Shown here piece by piece: positions 37,971 through 50,911 of a stretch of 64,000 nt of DNA. The notes under the pieces are model-generated. The model ran no database searches and had not been told where the DNA came from. It saw nothing but the letters and a program-made list of their open reading frames with translations. The stretch is taken from NCBI GenBank assembly GCA_964016885.1, contig OZ024743.1, positions 308,636,001 through 308,700,000 of the forward strand, given 5' to 3'. The first letter of the stretch is position 1; every line of letters begins with the position of its first letter. Source of the stretch: Eledone cirrhosa. Taxonomy: Eukaryota. The position numbers and the translations under genes were made by a program.

Positions 37971-38848
37971 GATTTTTCATGAGAAAGACCTGGGCAGAGG
38001 TGGTGAGAGCTGATCTGAAATCACTGAGACTCAGAGATGATGAAAAAATATGGCAAGTGGAGAGATGTACTGAGAAGGACCTGTCCAACCCATGCGTGCA
38101 TGGAAAAACGTACATAAAAATGATATTTATATTATCATCATCATCATCATCTTCGCACACACATTCACACACACACATTCATACACCCTGTGGGATTTCT
38201 GCAATGATTTACAACTTCTTCCTTATAATAGTTTCATTCTAAGTTTCTGGATTATATTTTGCAAACTTTGCTTAAAGCTGTATTTATTTGATCAAGCAAA
38301 TTAAATTAGTTTTCTATTCGCCTGATCTTGTTGCAATTGATTGTTTTGAAATCTTCGATCATGGCTTCTATTGCTAGCAGAGTAAAACGGATGTTAAATA
38401 ATGAAGATGATAACAATGATGACCAGTTTTGATAACCCTTCTCATACCAAACTATTTGAAACTCTCTCTGGTTATGATACAAAACTATTTATTTTCAAGT
38501 GTTCATATTTATCTATAAACCTCCCATCATAATTTTATGTAAGAACCTTTAAGTTATGCTCCAAAGATCAGCTTAATAACGATTATTTTTGATTTTTTTT
38601 CTTTTGAAAATTATAGATGGTTTTGTTTATTAGAGATATGCTAACAAAAGGGTTAATCAAGTGGACATTTTAAAAAATAACCTACAAAGTGAAGGTTTTC
38701 TATTAGTGTACTCTTATTCAGATTTTCTGTACTGTGAGAGTAGCACACAAAGAAATGGCTTACAAAAGTTAGCTAGAGTACTATTTGTGTATATTCTATT
38801 GAAACAGAATGTTACTGTGGACAGATACAACAGTATAATTTTATTTAA

Positions 38849-39056
38849 CCCTTTAGCCTCTAAACCGGCCATATTCGGCTAGATTTCTCTCACCACTTTC
38901 TGTTCAAACTGACTGTAACCTGTCTCTCATACTGATGCTAAGGTATTGTTCCCAAAATAAATAATATCAAAATCTCATAGATTCAATATTATGTGAGGTA
39001 AAGCCTTTACCATGAAAATACAATAGTAAATATAGAGTAATGTAAATGCTAAAGGG
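38849..39056. mobile_element. piggyBac-type MITE copy (reverse orientation)
   Basis: TTAA|CCCTTTAGC ... GCTAAAGGG|TTAA. Confidence 0.82.
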
Positions 39057-39151
39057 TTAAACATTGTAAAACACGTAACAGGAGTATATTGAAAAATGTT
39101 AACCAGCTGAAAATTTTAATAAAAAGTAAAATAATTTGTCACTTGTTATAG

Positions 39152-39246
39152 GTACTTGAAAATGTAGTTGAAACAGAAGAGAAACATGTTGGTGAGATGA
39201 AAACATTTCTTCAGAAATATATTCGACCATTACGAAACAATAATGT
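39152..39246 (+). CDS. ARHGEF7: PIX exon: start of DH (RhoGEF) domain
   Basis: ttatag| and |gtaagt. Phase 0 to 2. VLENVVETEEKHVGEMKTFLQKYIRPLRNNN (DH conserved region 1). Confidence 0.93.
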
Positions 39247-39276
39247 GTAAGTTAATAAATTACTACTCAATGTTAT

Positions 39277-39605
39277 GGAGACACATGGCTTAGTGGTTAG
39301 AGCATTGGCCTTGCAATCAAAAGGTTGTGAGTTCAATTCTCAGACCGGGTGATGTGTTGTTTCCTTGAGCAAGACACTTTATTTCACATTGCTCCAGTTT
39401 ACTCAGCTGTAGAAATGAGATGATAGGGACTGGGGTCCCTATCATTCCACTGCTAAGTGGTCGTGGAGGTGCCACGGCAAAAAAGCACCCAGCACTCACT
39501 GTAAATGAGGTTGGTGTTAGGAAGGGCATCCAGCTGTAGAAATCAAGCCAGAATCAGTTCCCGTCCCACCCTTGCAAGCAAGGAAAAGTGGACATAAAAT
39601 GATGA
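39277..39605 (+). mobile_element. tRNA-derived SINE head (family B) joined to an RTE-derived module
   Basis: A-box tggcttagtgg and B-box gttcaattc, then aaaaagcacccag...ggaagggcatccagc and the RTE 3' terminus. Confidence 0.7.
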
Positions 39606-39607
39606 TA

Positions 39608-39849
39608 TGAGGGTTGACTGTAAAATTCATAGGCTAACCAAGATACTCTCATGGAATGACCAAATGAATTTTATTTTTCGATATATTTCCTGGAAATATA
39701 TTGCAGTTGTCCAAACCCATGCAAGCGTGGAAGATGGACGTTAAACGATTATGATGATGATGATATAAGAGATAAATTAATACATACAAGATTTCACAGC
39801 TCTAACATTACTTCATAGTTCAGCCTCTGAACTTTTCAGCCCACCCTCG
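39608..39849. mobile_element. mariner-type MITE with an RTE 3' tail inserted
   Basis: TA|TGAGGGTTGACTG ... CAGCCCACCCTCG|TA. RTE terminus plus GAT tail at about 39708-39765. Confidence 0.7.
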
Positions 39850-40229
39850 TAAGAAATATATTTATACTTTTAATAATGGAAAAAAAAAAAAAAAAAAAAA
39901 AAAAAAGCAAAACAAAAAAAAGCAGTTATTAAATTGTGGAAACATCACTTAGCTGGTCAAAAAGGAACAGAGCTGATCATGAGATCAGCAGACCAATGAA
40001 ACATTCCTGTGGGTTTTTGCATTGCTCATACTATCTGCTGGTTGATCTCTTAGCAGAAGGAGATGGGATTTGAACTCAGAACACCCAGGGATAAATCATG
40101 TGATTGTAGTTCTATACAATATTCACTCAATCATTTTGAAACCAGCTGTAAAAAACATACCTATGGAAGCCACATGGCCTAAACGTATTTTTATTAATTT
40201 ATCTTTATTTTTATTAATATTTTTTATTC

Positions 40230-40635
40230 ATTTTTATTTATTGTTGCTTTTTACTGGTTCCATTCGACGGGCTGAGGCCACGCTGGGGTACTGCCAATAT
40301 TGCTACACTTTCTGTAGCCCTCCCCCCTCCTTGTTTGGCCAGTGACGATTGGGAAGATTGACACCATTGCCATCATTTGTTCCTTGCTCTGCTGTAGGAT
40401 CATCGGAGTTCTTACACATTAGAATTTTGAGATGTTTCTTGAAAACATCTACATCCACATTATGTAGATCTGTTTTATGGGTGAGGGGCAAGATATTAAA
40501 GATATGTGGTCCCTTGAACTTCAAGATGTTGCTATATCTCGTCCTTATTCTTGATGGGGACGGTGAGACCTCAGCAACATGCAGTGATGTCCTATTCAGG
40601 AGTTGGTGAGGCTCTCAATACTTTGATTTGGGGCT
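40230..40635 (-). mobile_element. CR1-group LINE 3' fragment (second family)
   Basis: FKGPHIFNILP...DVDVFKKHL resembles the ORF2 C-terminus of CR1/Crack-type LINEs, followed by an A-rich tail. Confidence 0.6.
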
Positions 40636-40700
40636 AGTCTTTCCAGAATCTTGCATTATTATTTATTTTTTAATGACAATTTGTTTTTTTTGTTTTTCAG

Positions 40701-40796
40701 ATTATCTCAGGCAGAATTTAGTCAACTCATTGGTAATCTTGAAGAGGTCTTTGCTTTTCAACAAAGATTTTTATCTTCTTTAGAAGAGGTTAACAC
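40701..40796 (+). CDS. ARHGEF7: PIX exon: DH domain
   Basis: Polypyrimidine tract, tttcag| and |gtaaga. Phase 2 to 2. LSQAEFSQLIGNLEEVFAFQQRFLSSLEEVN (GNLEE..FQQ motif). Confidence 0.93.
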
Positions 40797-41853
40797 GTAA
40801 GATATGATTTAAGTCAATTTTACAGCTAACAATATTACATTTTAATTGAAAAAGCATTGTTGTCCCTAATCGAGATGAAGCAAAAGTGTATTTAAATACA
40901 TATAAAATGAGAAAACTCATCGTTAGAACAGCCGTTAAAATGGCCAAATGCTGTCAAAGACAGCGATGAGCAAAAAATGCCTCGGAGGACAAAGACCAAT
41001 GGCGGTGGTTGATAGTTTTCTATTTAGGACAGGCACCATAGCTTGAGGTTCACTATCCTGTTATTTTCTTTTCTTTGCTTTCTTTTGTCCTATCTGTGCT
41101 GTGTGTTTTATCAAACATGCATCATACTAGAAGCACACACATGCACACATATATAAACACACCAATTAAAAACAAGCACACGCACACACACATATGAATG
41201 GATGCTCACATACACACAGATACACACATGAAAATATGTGTGTATATATACGCACAAGCATAGCCCAGCTTATGCACTCAAACACTTACATATGCCCACA
41301 TGCATAAAAAACATAACGCCGATTTTTATATATATCCCTTATCTCACAAATCAGAACAAACACTATTTTTTGTTGAATCACCAGTCTGAAGAGCAGATCG
41401 ATAATGGAGTCACGTCCATAACTTCTATGGGTGACCTTGAGCCAATCCGCTGTAAAACACACGTAACAGATCTGAAGTATGTCTCAAACCAGGAAGCTCG
41501 TCAGGCTGGTGTTTATCCTGGTTTCATGACTAAGAGTTCAAGACTTCCTCCTGGACAGGATGCCAGTCCATTGCGGAGTTAAACCGTCAGCCATTGATGG
41601 TACTCATTTTCAGATGAGAATATACTGGAGCAACGTGAAATGAAGTGTTTTGCTGAAGAACAGAACACACAACTCAGTCCAGGAATCTAACCCACAACAT
41701 AATGATCATAAGTCCATCACTCTTACCACTAGGCCACAATACAAATTACATGTAAATGAAACATCATCATTTTTCTTAATATATACCCTCTGCTTGTGCA
41801 TCAAGTGCTTGTTTTGGTACCACCACCAGTAATTTCCTAAATCACATACACTA

Positions 41854-42319
41854 TCTAAACTATATAAAGTAAGGAGCGCGGGACTGCGTACGGTTTATCA
41901 TTTTTTATACCATTAGTAAAATAAGTTGGATTACTTTGAATAAATAATGAATGAATATTACATAATTTATCTACTAAATTTCGTGGCTGTTGATTAAATA
42001 TATTTTGTTTATTTAAAGATTCACTTCTTTAAAATTTCTGAAATGTCAACACTTCCGGTTGGCCATCGCTTAAATAAACATAATTTTCTCCTAATGCAGT
42101 TTATATATAATATCGTCTTTTTTAATGTATCATGGATTACGTTACTGATTAAATAAGACAGTGTAACGCAGTCTTCGTTCAATTTCTATGTATTATATAT
42201 TGTCAATTACGATTTTATTTGATGTATCATATCTACATGTATATATACCTGCGTATAATATCAATATACACATTACACATGCTAGCAGAAAACCATCCGG
42301 AGAGTGGTTTTTCTACTAG
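41854..42319 (+). mobile_element. Non-autonomous Helitron (466 bp)
   Basis: A|TCTAAACTATA ... hairpin CTACTAG|T. No target duplication. Homologous to 253-996. Confidence 0.78.
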
Positions 42320-43064
42320 TATATAGAGTAAATAACCAATAAATTTTTTAAAAGCCGGTACAATGCAGTAGACAATATGAAAAGCAAATGATGGTAAATG
42401 AAACAAAGTAAAGTAATATATTACCCAGTGTATTTTGGCATGATATTTCAGGGCTATTACCCTCTTTTCAGATGCAAAACTGAAACAATCTAAGATAAAA
42501 CAAATGAACGATTTGAGTTTTTTTTCTAATTGGTCCTATCTGTTTGAAAAACTCTGAGTTATTTCTCTTAGCTCCATTTGACGACGATGAGTTGTGTCAA
42601 GGATATGACAACCCCCCTTGTGTTGATGCCACAATAAATTACACACAGTATACTCAGTGAAGAGGTTGGAGTGGAGTTAGGAAGAGCATCCAGCCATAGA
42701 AACCTAGTGTTGGTGTCATGTTAAAATTCATCCAGTTCACTCTGTAAAATTTGATGCTGATTAGAAGGGTATCCAGCTGTAGAAAATATGCCAAAATTGG
42801 AATGCATGTGAGATATGGTAGTTCCTATTCAGTACTTACTTCATCTGTGACAGATGTTAAGTGAAGACGGTGATATACAAATTGCCCTTACACACAAACA
42901 GGTTTTTCACACCGTGATAAATTTGAATAGCAAACAAAATAGACTTTTGAAACTTTCATAATCCCCTTTCAGTTGTATTTGTGGGCATTTTTGTTGTTTC
43001 TGTGACTGTTGTAGTTGTTGTTTTTTTTAAATTCATATTCATATTCTTCTGTCTTCCAATTTAG

Positions 43065-43187
43065 GCTTCCTTCTATCCAGCGGCGTATGGGTGGTGTATT
43101 TATGGAACATGCTTCCACTCTCAAAGAACTATATTTGGTCTACTGTTCTAATCACCCATCTGCTGTTGCTATTTTACAAGCAAAGTG
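43065..43187 (+). CDS. ARHGEF7: PIX exon: DH domain
   Basis: atttag| and |gtaagg. Phase 2 to 2. LPSIQRRMGGVFMEHASTLKELYLVYCSNHPSAVAILQAK (YCxNHPSAV motif). Confidence 0.95.
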
Positions 43188-43477
43188 GTAAGGAGAAATT
43201 TTTAAAAATTCTTTTATTGAAATTCGAAAATGTGAGAGTCTGTCCTAAATACAGAGAATATCTGTAATAACAGATGGTCACTTATAGATGACAGTTTTGA
43301 AAATTGGGTATATTACACTTACAGATGAAAAGAATGTGGATAGGGACACCAAATTACACTTACATATGGAAAATAGTGGACAGGGACACCAAATTAGTTT
43401 CAAAATTATTTGAAAATCATCGTGAATTTATTTTATTAGTCATCATCATCATTGCTTAATGTCCAAAAGGGTTAAGT

Positions 43478-44270
43478 AGTGAGCTCAAACCCCACAGTGG
43501 TTCCTGACTCCATGCCTTGCCCTCCTTCTCCACTGGTATGCAGCTAGACAATGATAGCCTGTGCATTGGCGTTTCCCTGAGGCTTGACCTCTGGATCTGC
43601 GAGCCACACAAATGACACTGTGGATCCATGGACCCTTTCGACCCCCTCCCACTTTTCTGTCACTACAGTGCCAGCCGCCTTCCATGCCATGCTGCCCTCA
43701 ACGAGGTCATAAAGCATGGCTTGGATGCTGCAAGCTTCCTCTCCCAGCTAGAGCCAGTAGGGCTGGACTGAGGGGACGGCAAAAGGCTAGATGGCATGAC
43801 CATCTTCCTGTTCCGCAGTGGCAAACCCCTCGTCTGGGATGCCACTTGCAGCGACGCTTTCTCCAGCCGCAACCTGGTGCAGTCTGCGACTAACCCAGGT
43901 TCTGCTGCACTTCGGGCTGAGGAGGGCAAACTCTCCAAGCACCAGTCGCTGTCCGTCAGGTTTGCGGTCATTCCTTTGGTAGTGGAGACTTCTGGTGTCC
44001 TTGGTCCTAGGGCTACCTCCCTACTTACCACCATAGGCGCTGAGCTGGCCAGCTACAGGTGTGAGCTTCACGAGATAGAATGGCTCTTCCAGCACATCTC
44101 CCTTACCATCCTCCGTGGAAACACCTCCATTCCCTCCGCCAGGGCTGTGGGGCAGCCAGCACATGGGACCCCATTTGCTCATAATACAGAGCGATGGATG
44201 CGATGACAGTGGGAGTTTGGCTCTTCCGTGTTCGGACACGTTGCACCTCTCATGTGGATCGTGATATTTT
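43478..44270 (+). mobile_element. 3' fragment of a CRE-type non-LTR retrotransposon (restriction-like endonuclease)
   Basis: GC-rich island. Frames give LHALPS...LDNDSL...ICEPHK (Zn-knuckle region), GKRLDGMT...LVWDATC...VVETSG...QHISLTILRGN (PD-(D/E)xK-type RLE). Stops and frameshifts present. Confidence 0.8.
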
Positions 44271-44454
44271 TCTAGAAATATTTCATTGCTGTTGACTGGG
44301 ACTGGAGAAGTATATTTTAAAGTAGAAAAAAATCTATTTTTAATTCATATATTTTAAATTAAAAAATTCATTTTAAAGTTATGATTCCTTCAACCACTCA
44401 GTTTTTTTTTTTTTTTTTAACTTTACTTTACTTTATTTAATTTCTATTCTACAG

Positions 44455-44593
44455 GGAAGAACTTAGCAAGTTTATGGAATACCTTGGTGCTCCTGTTCCT
44501 GGTGGAATGACTTTAACCACAAATCTATCTAAACCATTCACACGTCTTGATAAATATCCAAGCTTGCTGAGAGAATTGGAAACTCATATAGAG
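44455..44593 (+). CDS. ARHGEF7: PIX exon: DH domain conserved region 3
   Basis: ctacag| and |gtaata. Phase 2 to 0. [46 protein letters not shown] (LSKPFxRLDKYP is typical of PIX). Confidence 0.96.
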
Positions 44594-44617
44594 GTAATAT
44601 ATTGTTGATTATTAGTG

Positions 44618-45030
44618 TGCAGAGGTGCGTGCTTTAGTTAGGGTGTTTGGTTCACAATCTTAAAGTCATGTTTGATTTCTGCTGGTGTGTTATGTCCTTC
44701 ACCTGGCAACAGTTCACTCAAATTCAAAGATTCAGCCTTGTCACATACTATGTCATCCTTAGCCTTCACACACTGTGTCATGCTCGGCCTTGTCACACAG
44801 TGTCATTCTCAGCCTTGTCACACACTGTGCCTTGCTCAGCCATGGCACACATTGTGCGATGCTCAGACTTGCCACATACTGTGCTATGCGGAATCTGTCT
44901 TGGAACTACATTTAGGTTACACGAGTCTGTGGAATGTTCATCCACTTGCACGTTAAATTCATGATTTGGCTGTTCTGTTGTTCCAACAACTGGAACACAT
45001 GCTGTCAGTTCTAATGGATTTTCAACAACA
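44618..45030 (+). mobile_element. SINE family B with an internally amplified 24-26 bp tandem repeat
   Basis: SINE head and body match the reverse complement of 18720-18990. The unit tcagccttgtcacacactgtgtca occurs about 6 times at 44731-44890. Confidence 0.65.
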
Positions 45031-46720
45031 TAAGCAAAGCTTTCCAAACAAAGGATTGGTAGTTCCCTTCAGTCATGTCAGACATATTATGGCCTCCCTA
45101 GTATTGGTGCTCTACACAATAAATAGGAAAGACATCCAGCCGTAGAAAGCTTGCCAAACAAAGGGATGAGCAGACCCTTTAGTTGTGTCAAAATATGACG
45201 ACTTTGTACACTCTGTAGAACATGAGACTGTACATAAAAGGGATCACGGATACCTACCATTACACTCTGTCTGGGGTCAGTAGCCCCTGTTTCAGTACTG
45301 ATTTGGTCTATGTAGACCTGTCCAACCCTTGCTAGCAGAGAAAGCTAGCATTCGTTAGAATGATGATGATATGCAACTGTATATAGAACTTTTATCTTAA
45401 GTTTTGTACCTTTTTTCCCTGCTGGTATAAGTTGAAAGGATCGTTTTAATATAAGCCAGTACTTTTGAGTTGCCTTCTAAAATTGGTCATGGGTCTTGCT
45501 CCTCATATATTCTAGATTTTGGCATAGTTTCTGCAACTTTATTGAGTTATGTCCCTTCAACTCTTTCGTGACAATTTTTTCCTAAGATCTTCTAAAGAAT
45601 CTAGAATTTGGAAAGACTTATAACTAACTTCTAGAATATTACGTTTGCGTTTGAAAAATATCTTAATAACGGTTTTAATTAAAACATATCAAAGATAAAT
45701 AAGACACACTACAGTTAATCCGGAAAAAAAAAAAATAAATAAATAAAAAACACACATTTCTTTCAAGGGAGATAATCAGTTTGTGTTCAAGAGTTACTTC
45801 CCCTTATTCCTATTTTATGGTTTGTTAGAAACGTTTCCTCTTAATTTAACATTGGGTTATGTTCATTTATTTCTTAATCAACCAAGTAATTACTGGTTGC
45901 AGTCAATAAGGAGTTTGTTCATCATATTGGTCCCAGAAGTTATTTTATTGACCTTTTTACTGATCAGCTAAATTATAGGACATAAATGTAAACAGAGACA
46001 TGGACGCATACACTGATGTACATACAGTGGTTGGTGATATGAAGGGCATCCAGCTGTTTGGGAGGACCCTTCAGTTGTGGAAAAGACATGACAACTATTT
46101 TGTGCTGGTCCCGATAAAATGCAATTGAAAGCGAGATGAGCGATCTCAGTTTGTCTGGGAGATCAGTAGACCTGTTACAGTACCTACTTGATCTGTGTAG
46201 ACCCGTCTAACTCTTGTTAGCAGGGAAAGTGGACATTAAATGATGATGATGAAGATGATATATATATATGTGTGTTTGAGAGAGAGTAATACACACACAC
46301 ACAGCACACACACATATATACATACATACATACATATACACATATAAGATCCTGGTGTAATTGTGGAGGCCAACCACTGTTAAAAAAAGTACTCAGTATG
46401 TCAGTAGAGTATAAGTATATTTATTTCTATAATAAAATGACTATATATATATCATCAGCGTCATTTAACATTTGCTTTCCCAGCTAGCAAGGGTTGGATG
46501 AGTCTACATAGACCAAATCATTACTGAAGCGGGGCCACTGATGTCCCAAATAGGTCGAGGAGGTCTGTATCCTGCTAAAGTATGGTCATTATTGAGTACA
46601 GAGAATTGTGTCTTTTGTCACAAACTGAAGGATCCTCTTAACCCTTGTTTGGCAAGCTGGAATCCCTTCCTATCACCAAACACTTTAAATGTACTTGGTG
46701 CAGATTACCAACACTATATA

Positions 46721-47562
46721 TAATAATAATAATATAATGAAATTATTGTGTAAAGTGCTCCGGTGCACTACAACTCGTCAAAGGTGTATGTATAGTACAT
46801 AGAATAATACACAAATGTCAGGGAAGTGAACAGTGTCATGGTATACATGTGTGTATGTGTATGGAGGGGGAACATTAGCTGTAGTGTTGGCGGATCTCGG
46901 GAAGCATGGAGGCCTTAAAGGATGCAGTGTCTCGACAGCTAACAACTGATGAAGGTAGTTTGTTCCATGCTTCAGCAATTCTGAGCGTGAAAAAATGTTT
47001 CCGAAAGTCATGGGAACTGTGCTGTTTTCTTTGTGGGCATGTCCACGTGTGTTAGACACATGGAAATCAAAAAGGTACTCAGGGTTGTTGTTGGCAACAT
47101 GGTTAACAATTTTGTGGGTGTTTACCAAGTCAGTTGCCAGGCGTCGGAGCTTCAATGTATCCATGCCCAGGGAAGTAAGGGGCTCAGAGTATGCTAGATG
47201 CCTGATGGAGGGTATTCGCTTGGTTGCACGTCTCTGAACAGTTTCCAGGCAGTCAATGTTCTGAGCAAGATAGCGGTTCCAGACTGGTGAAGCAAATTCT
47301 AAGTGTGGTCGCACCATAGCCATGTACAGCCTTAAATAGATATCTGGAGAGCGGCTGACAAAGGTCTTGCTGAGTGATGCTAAGACACCCTCGGCCCTCT
47401 TGACAATTTTAGAGACGTGCTTCGTCCAACGCAAATCGCTGCTGACTGTAATGCCCAGGTTACGTTCACAAGAAGACTTCTTGATATTAGTGCTGTGGAG
47501 GGAGTATGTGGACGCTGGGTTTTTACTCCCAAAATGCATGGTATGCACTTGTCCACAGCTAG
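46721..47562 (-). mobile_element. CR1-clade LINE, 5'-truncated (ORF2 C-terminus)
   Basis: ERNLGITVSSDLRW...LYMAMVRPHLEFASPVW...LETVQRRATK...RRLATDL. (ATT)n tail. Confidence 0.9.
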
Positions 47563-48311
47563 CTTGTGTGTGTTTGATAGTCTTCTACTGAACTTCATTG
47601 TTAACTAGGAGTTATGGTAGAAGACACTTGCTGACAGTGCTATGTAGTGGGTGTAAACTCAAAAGCATATGGTTGCGAACCATACTCCTTAACCACACAT
47701 CTATACCTCCACACATCTAAATACATCATAGCACCAATAACAGCATACAAAATGTCTTAACATTTCAGTGTTGGACACTTCTACCTTATTCACTTACCTG
47801 TGATTTAGGCTCTCAGTATTATTTAGAGATGAATTGTAAACTTAAATCCTTTTGTTACCATATTTCTAATGAAATATACTGTATATGATTTTCAAATAAT
47901 TTTGAAAATAATCAAGAATTTGGAGGGATTTAGTAAAATAACTTTCTCATATTAAGCTGGTGTTTGGAACATAACCTAAGAAAGGTTCATACATGAAATT
48001 GTTAGGTTTCTACTACTATTATTACTAAATTCATCCACTTAGTTGTGCCATGGTAAAAACCTTTCATATCACATGATCCAACATTAACTGCCTCAGATAA
48101 TTTTGTATCTTCCTCAATATAAATACTTCACAACATGCAGTGAAGTATCATATCTTTCACCAACTATTCAACTGTCATACATTGTAAAAAAAACAACAAA
48201 ACATGAACTATCTTTGCTGATATAATTGATGAGATATAATATTTTTGAATTTTGATTGCGTTGGTATAACTTAATTTTAATGGTAAACAATAAAATGCTA
48301 TATTTTTACAG

Positions 48312-48371
48312 GAATGTCATGTTGATCGAGGTGATACTCAGAGAGCTATTGCAGTTTATAGAGATATATCT
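48312..48371 (+). CDS. ARHGEF7: PIX exon: DH domain C-terminal helices
   Basis: ttacag| and |gtaagt. 60 nt, phase 0 to 0. ECHVDRGDTQRAIAVYRDIS. Confidence 0.93.
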
Positions 48372-48616
48372 GTAAGTTGTGCTAAATTTTTCTAAACAAT
48401 AATGTCAGCATATCTTATAATGTTTCTTTAAAAATATTTTCACCAACAAAAACACCACCACTACGTATATTAACAATAATACAACCAACACCAACACTTC
48501 GATTAACAGTAACACCACCACCAACAGCAACAACAATACTGATAGCGCTAACAACACCATTATCACCACATGCACACATGCACGCCCCCCCCCCCCCATA
48601 TATATATTCATATATA

Positions 48617-50862
48617 TCTTATATATAAAGTGAAGTTGGACGTTGTTTGTTTGTTTGTTTGGTGTCCCGAACTTGCATGCTACACCGTTCATCCGATTTT
48701 CATGAAACTTGACACATATATAAAACTCGACCCGTAGATTGGAATAGGCTACTTGAAATTTTCGAAAATTCGATAATCGGGCCTCCAGAAGCCAAAAATC
48801 GATATTTTCAAAAATCGTCCGATCCGGGGATGAACGTGGGCTACATTAAATCGATAATCGAACCCCTAGAAGCAAAAATCCGGCAACCGAAAAACGCCAT
48901 TCTTCTTGCTTCCATTTGTCGCGACTCCTGCCATGCAAAAAACGTTCAATCTATCAGGATTATCCACCGTAAGTCTCTTTAAATTAACGCTCACCATATG
49001 CAGCAAACCTTTTATGCTGATTCTTCCATTTCTTATATAAGGACTATCAAGACTATACCGCCGCGCATCATCCTGTATTGCGCCCAGTCTTCTCAAGTGA
49101 TCATTGAGCCTCCATGCGCTCACTTCATTCCCGTGGTCCCACTACCGTAGCATAATGAGGCATCCGTCAACCCCAGCCCTCTCCCTTCCCTGCACGCCGT
49201 CGACCCACTGCATCGTTGTGCATCACCATGCGCATCTCTGTCCTGTCAACCGCAATTCATTCCCCGGCCCTTTCTATTGCCTGCCCCCCGTGGTCCACAA
49301 GGACAGCCACGGTTCAACATGCCGAATCCCTGCCACCGTCCATCCCTGCTCATTTCCATTGCCTACACTCCGGGAGAGCTCAAGACTTCCATGTCTGACC
49401 AAGCTGCATCCCTGCCACCGTCAAACCCTGCCTTCTCCCTTCCCTGCACGCCGTCGTCCCACTGCATCGTCATGCCTCACCATGCCGCATACATGCTATG
49501 TCAGCCGCCATGCCCTCCCCTGCCCTCTCCCTTACCCACACGCCTTGGTCCTTCACGCGTGCCATGGTTCACCATGCGGAATCCCTGCAACCGTCAATCC
49601 CGGCCATCTCTCTTCCCTGCACGCCGTCGACCCACTGCATCATTATGCCTCACCATGCTGCATCCATGATCTGTCAGCCGCCATCCCCTCCTCACGCTTT
49701 GGTCCCTCACGACTGTCATGGTTCACCATGCAGCATTCCTGCCCTGTCAGCAACTTGCTCAAATGTCATCAGCATGGTTTATTCCTGCGCCGCCCATTAT
49801 CTCAGACCAAAGACAGCACTGAACATGAAGACGTACCTGTGTAAGTCTTTTTACATTGATTTTTACCTTTCAGCTATGAATTGGGCAATGCCTTAAAATC
49901 CCAGTTTATTTGCGTGCAATTTTTTGGTATCTTATGAATGGAGAATCGAAAACCCTTTTTCTCATAACCTGATACATGCGCTACACATGCTCCATGGATG
50001 TTTGTGGACTATTTTTTTCAAAATACCAATATGGAGCACAAAAAGAAACATTTGTTCTTCATTTATTTCGGTTAAAGCATCCTGCTGGAATTTAGTGCAT
50101 ACCCATTTAAATTCAGCGCCTTATAACCCTGAGTGTAACTGGGTACACCAGCTAGAAAGACAAATGGAAACATTGTTTCCTCGGTCCGATTTGACGAAAG
50201 TCGATTTAGTTCCACAACAAATTAACAAACCATACTTGAAGACACGTTGAGGCTGTTGCAAAGGGCAATAACCCTAGACACAATTTTGATTAACTTTTTT
50301 CACCTATAGCAAATTTACCGGGACAGGTTTTTAGCTACTAAAATCTACTTCAGAGGTCATGCATTCATGTAAAAAATCAATAAAACTGAAGCGGGGGTTC
50401 GACTTTGAGCAAAAAAACAAGGCAAAGTTGCACATGGGAAAACCTTTTACAGGAACGTCCGATATTCTTGAAAACTGTCGCAAAAGACTCACCATTATGC
50501 TGCGGTTCAGATAAGTCCCTTTTATTTCTTCTTCTGCACGTGACTGCGGAAATTGTAAAAAAAAAAAAAAAAAACTGAAAAAAATCGACTTTTTCACCCT
50601 GCTTTAAAAATCAACTGAAAATTCAATTTCAAGTGAATTTGACTTCCGTCAGTCGTGCAAAGAACAATTTCAACGATACACTGTGAACCTACAATTGATC
50701 CATTATTTATGCTCAATTACACACCTGCGTCAACTAACCTCTGTTTTTTTCCTTGAGGTTCGAAGGTTTTTGCACCTGTGATGCGCGGGAAGTAACTTTC
50801 ACACATTTTAACAACAGAGTAAAGGTCGACTTACACCCGAGCAACGCCGGGTACTTCTGCTA

Positions 50863-50863
<1 letters not shown>
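48617..50863 (+). mobile_element. Non-autonomous Helitron (about 2.25 kb) with GC-rich internal cargo
   Basis: A|TCTTATATATAAA start followed by (GTTT)n. 3' hairpin ACCCG-AGCAACGC-CGGGT then ACTTCTGCTAG|T. Inserted in (TA)n. Confidence 0.82.

Positions 50864-50911
<48 letters not shown>

Noticed and set aside
39277-39350. tRNA genes at A/B-box sequences
   Set aside because: No complete cloverleaf. Each continues into a shared SINE body.
44793-45047. 84-aa minus-strand ORF as a captured gene
   Set aside because: It lies on the antisense of a SINE body and its internal 24-26 bp tandem repeat.
49104-49896. 246-aa and overlapping Pro/His/Cys-rich ORFs
   Set aside because: Several frames are open because of GC-rich tandem repeats inside a Helitron. 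No domain or splice support.
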